Below are positions 59,046-62,672 of a DNA stretch of 62,672 nucleotides, one piece after another (the stretch's first letter is position 1; each line of letters opens with the position of its first letter). The position numbers were made by a program, and so were the translations under genes. Source of the DNA: an uncultured Candidatus Saccharibacteria bacterium (GTDB taxonomy: Bacteria > Patescibacteriota > Minisyncoccia > Phycocordibacterales > UBA9973); contig CAZWBZ010000004.1 of the NCBI GenBank assembly GCA_964632605.1, positions 1-62,672 on the forward strand, given 5' to 3'. Below the pieces are notes generated by a model. It had not been told where the DNA came from. It did no database searches and saw only the letters and a list, made by a program, of their open reading frames with translations.

Positions 59046-61583
59046 ATGTCGATCAATATAACCCATCGTGACGGCACAAAAGAGCCGTTCAATGCCGACC
59101 ATATTAACCGCTCTATAGAAAGAGCAGCTAGTGGTCTTACTGATGTTACTGCAAAAGTAATGCAAATTGCTTCTGAGACTCAACTTACGCTATACGATGG
59201 TATCACGACGGATGAGCTAGATATTGCTACGATTAACGCATCTCTTCAAAATGCTCAAGAAGATATCGAATTTGATAAAATCGCAACACGTCTTCTTTTA
59301 AAGGTTATTTATAAAAGAGTTCTTGGTACTTACGACGAAGAACGCTTTATGGATTTACACCAAGAAGGATTTTCAAAATTCATTCATGACGGCGTAGAAG
59401 CTGGAATGCTCCACGCTGATCTTGGATCTAAATTTGATTTAGAACGTCTTTCAAAAGTTTTGGATACATCTCGCGATGAGCTGTACTACTATTCTGGACT
59501 TTCTTCTATGCAAAACCGTTATCTTACAAAAGGTAAAGATGGTCACGCTGTAGAGACTCCTCAATATTTCTGGATGCGTATTGCTATGGCTATGGCTGTA
59601 GTGGAAAAAGATCCAAACACTTGGGCTGAAAAGTTTTATGAAAAGATGTCAAAACTTGAATATCTTTCTGCTGGTTCTACAAACATTGGAGCTGGTACAA
59701 ATAAATCTAGTTTGTCTAACTGTTATCTAATGGAAGTCCATGATGACATGGAACATATCGGAAAGACTGTTTCTGATGTATTACTACTTTCTAAGGCAAC
59801 CGGAGGTATTGGTCTTTCTGTTACAAAACTTCGCGCCGAAGGTAGTATGCTTTCATCTAATAACACAGCATCCAGTGGTCCAATTCCATTTTTGCATATT
59901 ATCGACTCTGCTGTACGCGCTGTACAACGTGGTGGTAAGAAAAAAGGAGCTTTGTGTTTCTATATGGAAAACTGGCATCTTAATTTCCAAGACTTCTTGG
60001 ACTTGAAGCAAAATGCAGGGGATGACTATAGACGCGCTCGTACTGCTAATACTGCCGTATTTATCTCTGATGAATTTATGCGCCGTGTTAATGCAGGGCT
60101 AGACTGGTATCTTTTCGACCCTAAAGATGTTAAAGATCTTAACGAACTTTATGGAGATGCTTTTGCAAAAAGATATAATGAATACTGCGAAATGGCAGAA
60201 CGTGGCGAGATAAAGCTATGGCAAAAAATGCCAGCATCTCAACAATACAAAAACATTATTGTAATGCTTGAGACTACATCACACCCATGGCTAACATGGA
60301 AAGATACTATTAACGCTCGCGCGCTTAATAACAACACTGGTACAATCCACTGTTCTAATCTTTGTACAGAAATTACTTTGCCTACTGACCGCGACAACGT
60401 TGCAGTTTGTAACTTGATCTCTATTAACCTTTCGAAGCATTTAACTGGCAAAGAAATAAACTGGCCACTACTAGAAGAATCTACTCGCTTGGCTTTGCGT
60501 CAACTAGATAATCTTATCGATGTAAACAAACCACCAATCGAAGAAGCAAAACGTGCTGACAGTGAAAACCGCGCTATCGGTCTTGGTCTTATGGGCTTTA
60601 CTGACACAATAGAACAAATGGGATTTTCTTACGAAGACCAAGAAGCTTACGATGTTGCAGATAAAGTATTTGAATTTATCTCATACTGCGCAATAGATGA
60701 ATCTGCTAACTTGGCACAAGAACGCGGAGCTTATAAAAATTTCCCTGGATCTGGTTGGTCACGAGGTATGGTACCAGTAGATACACTAGCTGTTCTTGAA
60801 TACGAACGCGGCGAAGAACTAACTGTTCCAAAGGTTGCGGCACTTGTTAATCCAATTGTTGATTGGGATAACTTGCGCACTAAAGTAAAAAATGGTGTTC
60901 GTAACGCTACAGTTATGGCTATAGCACCAAATGCAAACATTGGTCTTGTTGCTGGAACTTCTCCTGGTATCGACCCACGTTTTGCTCAAATGTTTTCTCG
61001 TAATAAAATTTCTGGAAAATATTTAGAAGTAAACCCCAACCTTGTACACGATCTTAAGAAGGAAAATCTTTGGGATAAAGTATGCTCGAAAATCTTAGCA
61101 AACCAAGGGGACATTAGTGAAATCCCTGAAATTCCTGACCACATCAAGCACATTTATAAAACATCTTTTTCTGTCTCTCCTTATGCATTCATCGAAGTAG
61201 CTGCTCGCGCTCAAAAATGGGTAGACCAAGCTATCTCTCGAAACATGTATCTTGAGACTCGCGATATTGATGAAGTTACAAAGATTTATAATGTAGCTTG
61301 GCAAAAAGGTCTTAAGACTACTTATTACTTGCACATGAAGCCTCGTCACACAGCAGAACAAAGTACTGTTTCCGTAAACAAATCTCAAAGTATGGGTAAG
61401 ATTGGATTCGGCGCTCTAAAGATGAAAACACTTCCTGCTCAAAATATAGAATCTGTTGATCCACTTGTTGCTACTGATTCTCAATCTGATGTAGTAATTC
61501 CAGCTCATAATGATCAGCCTGTCGTAAAAGTACACGCTCCGGTAGACCCGCAAGATGCTCTTCTTTGTGAAGGATGCCAATAA
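59046..61583 (+). CDS. nrdA: Class I ribonucleotide reductase large subunit with an N-terminal ATP-cone
   Basis: ATP-cone (ITHRDGTKEPFNADHINRSI), active-site region SNLCTEI and C-terminal redox pair CEGC. Confidence 0.92.
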   Translation: MSINITHRDGTKEPFNADHINRSIERAASGLTDVTAKVMQIASETQLTLYDGITTDELDIATINASLQNAQEDIEFDKIATRLLLKVIYKRVLGTYDEERFMDLHQEGFSKFIHDGVEAGMLHADLGSKFDLERLSKVLDTSRDELYYYSGLSSMQNRYLTKGKDGHAVETPQYFWMRIAMAMAVVEKDPNTWAEKFYEKMSKLEYLSAGSTNIGAGTNKSSLSNCYLMEVHDDMEHIGKTVSDVLLLSKATGGIGLSVTKLRAEGSMLSSNNTASSGPIPFLHIIDSAVRAVQRGGKKKGALCFYMENWHLNFQDFLDLKQNAGDDYRRARTANTAVFISDEFMRRVNAGLDWYLFDPKDVKDLNELYGDAFAKRYNEYCEMAERGEIKLWQKMPASQQYKNIIVMLETTSHPWLTWKDTINARALNNNTGTIHCSNLCTEITLPTDRDNVAVCNLISINLSKHLTGKEINWPLLEESTRLALRQLDNLIDVNKPPIEEAKRADSENRAIGLGLMGFTDTIEQMGFSYEDQEAYDVADKVFEFISYCAIDESANLAQERGAYKNFPGSGWSRGMVPVDTLAVLEYERGEELTVPKVAALVNPIVDWDNLRTKVKNGVRNATVMAIAPNANIGLVAGTSPGIDPRFAQMFSRNKISGKYLEVNPNLVHDLKKENLWDKVCSKILANQGDISEIPEIPDHIKHIYKTSFSVSPYAFIEVAARAQKWVDQAISRNMYLETRDIDEVTKIYNVAWQKGLKTTYYLHMKPRHTAEQSTVSVNKSQSMGKIGFGALKMKTLPAQNIESVDPLVATDSQSDVVIPAHNDQPVVKVHAPVDPQDALLCEGCQ

Positions 61584-61601
61584 TATAAATTATTAATATA
61601 C

Positions 61602-61618
61602 TTCACGGACTCCGTGAA
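61602..61618 (+). other. Small intercistronic hairpin between nrdA and nrdB
   Basis: ttcacgga-c-tccgtgaa inverted repeat. Confidence 0.3.
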
Positions 61619-61628
61619 TAAATAAAAT

Positions 61629-62627
61629 ATGCTTTTAGGAAAACCAGCTCCAGCAGATACAACCTTGCACCCAATGCAACACAAATGGGCATATGATTTG
61701 TATCAACAAGCAGTTCGTAATACTTGGTTCCCACATGAAATTGCTCTAGGTGAAGATTTAGCCGATTGGAAAAAAATGACTGATGACGAAAAACACGCAT
61801 TGTCATTTCTTATGGCTTTCTTTAACCCAGCAGAGCTTATTGTAAACCGCTCTTTGGCACTGGGAGTTTATCCTTATGTTAAAGCTCCTTCTGCTCACCT
61901 ATATTTAGCAAAACAAATGTGGGAAGAAGCAAACCACTGCGTAGCTTTTGAATACGTTCTAGAAACATTTCCACTAGACCGCGAAGAAGTATACAAAGTT
62001 CACCTAGAGACTGAAAGTATGAAAGCAAAAGAAGCTTTCATTGAAAAGTATCTAGTTCGCATGACTGAAACAAATCTAGATATAGAAACAGTTGCTGGTA
62101 AAAAAGATTTTATCCGTAACCTTGTAGCTACAAACATAGTTATGGAAGGTGTATGGTTTTACACTGGGTTTATGGTTGCTCTTTCTTTCCGTCAGCGTAA
62201 CTTGCTTCGTAACCTTGGATCTATGATTAACTGGGTTGTACGTGATGAATCTCTTCATTTAAAATTCGGTATTGGTTTAATAATGAATTCACTGGAAGAA
62301 AACCCAGAATTATTAACTGAAGAATTCGCAGAAGAAATTCGCGCTATTGTTATCGAAGGTGTAGATTTGGAGTGTAATTACAACAAAGATTTATTCCCAC
62401 GTGGAATACTTGGACTAAATGCTGATTACGTAAACCAATATGTTCAATTTATTGCAGACCGTCGCCTAGAAGAGTTAGGCTTGCCAGCACACTACAACGT
62501 GTCTAACCCTGCAAAATGGATGTCTACAGCAAATGATGTTTACGAGCTAGTTAATTTCTTTGAAGCTCAAAATACTTCATATGAAGTTGATGCTTCAGGG
62601 CACAATAATACTAAAAAAGAAGAATAA
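61629..62627 (+). CDS. nrdB: Class I ribonucleotide reductase small subunit, with class Ic-like ligand and radical-site substitutions
   Basis: Metal-ligand motifs NPAEL, EEANH, MEGV and RDESLH. Phe occupies the position of the radical Tyr (HCVAF). A C-terminal Tyr is present (SYEVD). Confidence 0.9.
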   Translation: MLLGKPAPADTTLHPMQHKWAYDLYQQAVRNTWFPHEIALGEDLADWKKMTDDEKHALSFLMAFFNPAELIVNRSLALGVYPYVKAPSAHLYLAKQMWEEANHCVAFEYVLETFPLDREEVYKVHLETESMKAKEAFIEKYLVRMTETNLDIETVAGKKDFIRNLVATNIVMEGVWFYTGFMVALSFRQRNLLRNLGSMINWVVRDESLHLKFGIGLIMNSLEENPELLTEEFAEEIRAIVIEGVDLECNYNKDLFPRGILGLNADYVNQYVQFIADRRLEELGLPAHYNVSNPAKWMSTANDVYELVNFFEAQNTSYEVDASGHNNTKKEE

Positions 62628-62647
62628 TATTCTTTATTTAACAAAAC

Positions 62648-62671
62648 AAAACCCCAAATATTTGGGGTTTT
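62648..62671 (+). terminator. Intrinsic terminator after nrdB
   Basis: aaaaccccaaat/atttggggtttt palindrome at the window edge. Confidence 0.7.
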
Positions 62672-62672
62672 G

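Overview
AT-rich, tightly packed window, almost entirely coded on the plus strand. It reads like a Candidate Phyla Radiation (Patescibacteria) genome that uses genetic code 25 (UGA = Gly, Gracilibacteria/Absconditabacteria type). The essential fusA gene is intact only if the in-frame TGA at 51482-51484 is read as the first Gly of the conserved EF-G 'IKGG.IP' motif. None of the ~46 complete CDS called here truly terminates at TGA: all end in TAA or TAG, and pilM has TGA followed directly by TAA.

The first ~38 kb is a cell-surface island:
- a 5'-truncated giant tail-fibre-like protein with a peptidase-S74 chaperone domain and a perfect 554-bp internal duplication
- a 13.4-kb (4465-aa) gene built from autotransporter-associated beta-strand repeats
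- a dockerin protein followed by three membrane-anchored cohesin-like proteins and an ABC exporter
- two large secreted proteins with C-terminal peptidoglycan-binding domains, one of them a 12-blade NHL-repeat protein
- a CAP-domain protein

The rest is housekeeping:
- pilMNO
- a thymidylate-cycle cluster (MazG-like, dCMP deaminase, folA-thyA, glyA)
- mscL
- rpsL-rpsG-fusA
- a MacAB-like efflux trio
- secE-nusG-rplK
- nrdAB, where NrdB carries class Ic-like (Glu/Phe) signatures

One tRNA-Arg(GCG) is followed by a tRNA-derived remnant. Many genes have an extended -10 box ending 6-10 nt before the start codon with no Shine-Dalgarno sequence, which suggests widespread leaderless mRNAs. No CRISPR array, rRNA, transposase or integrase was seen.
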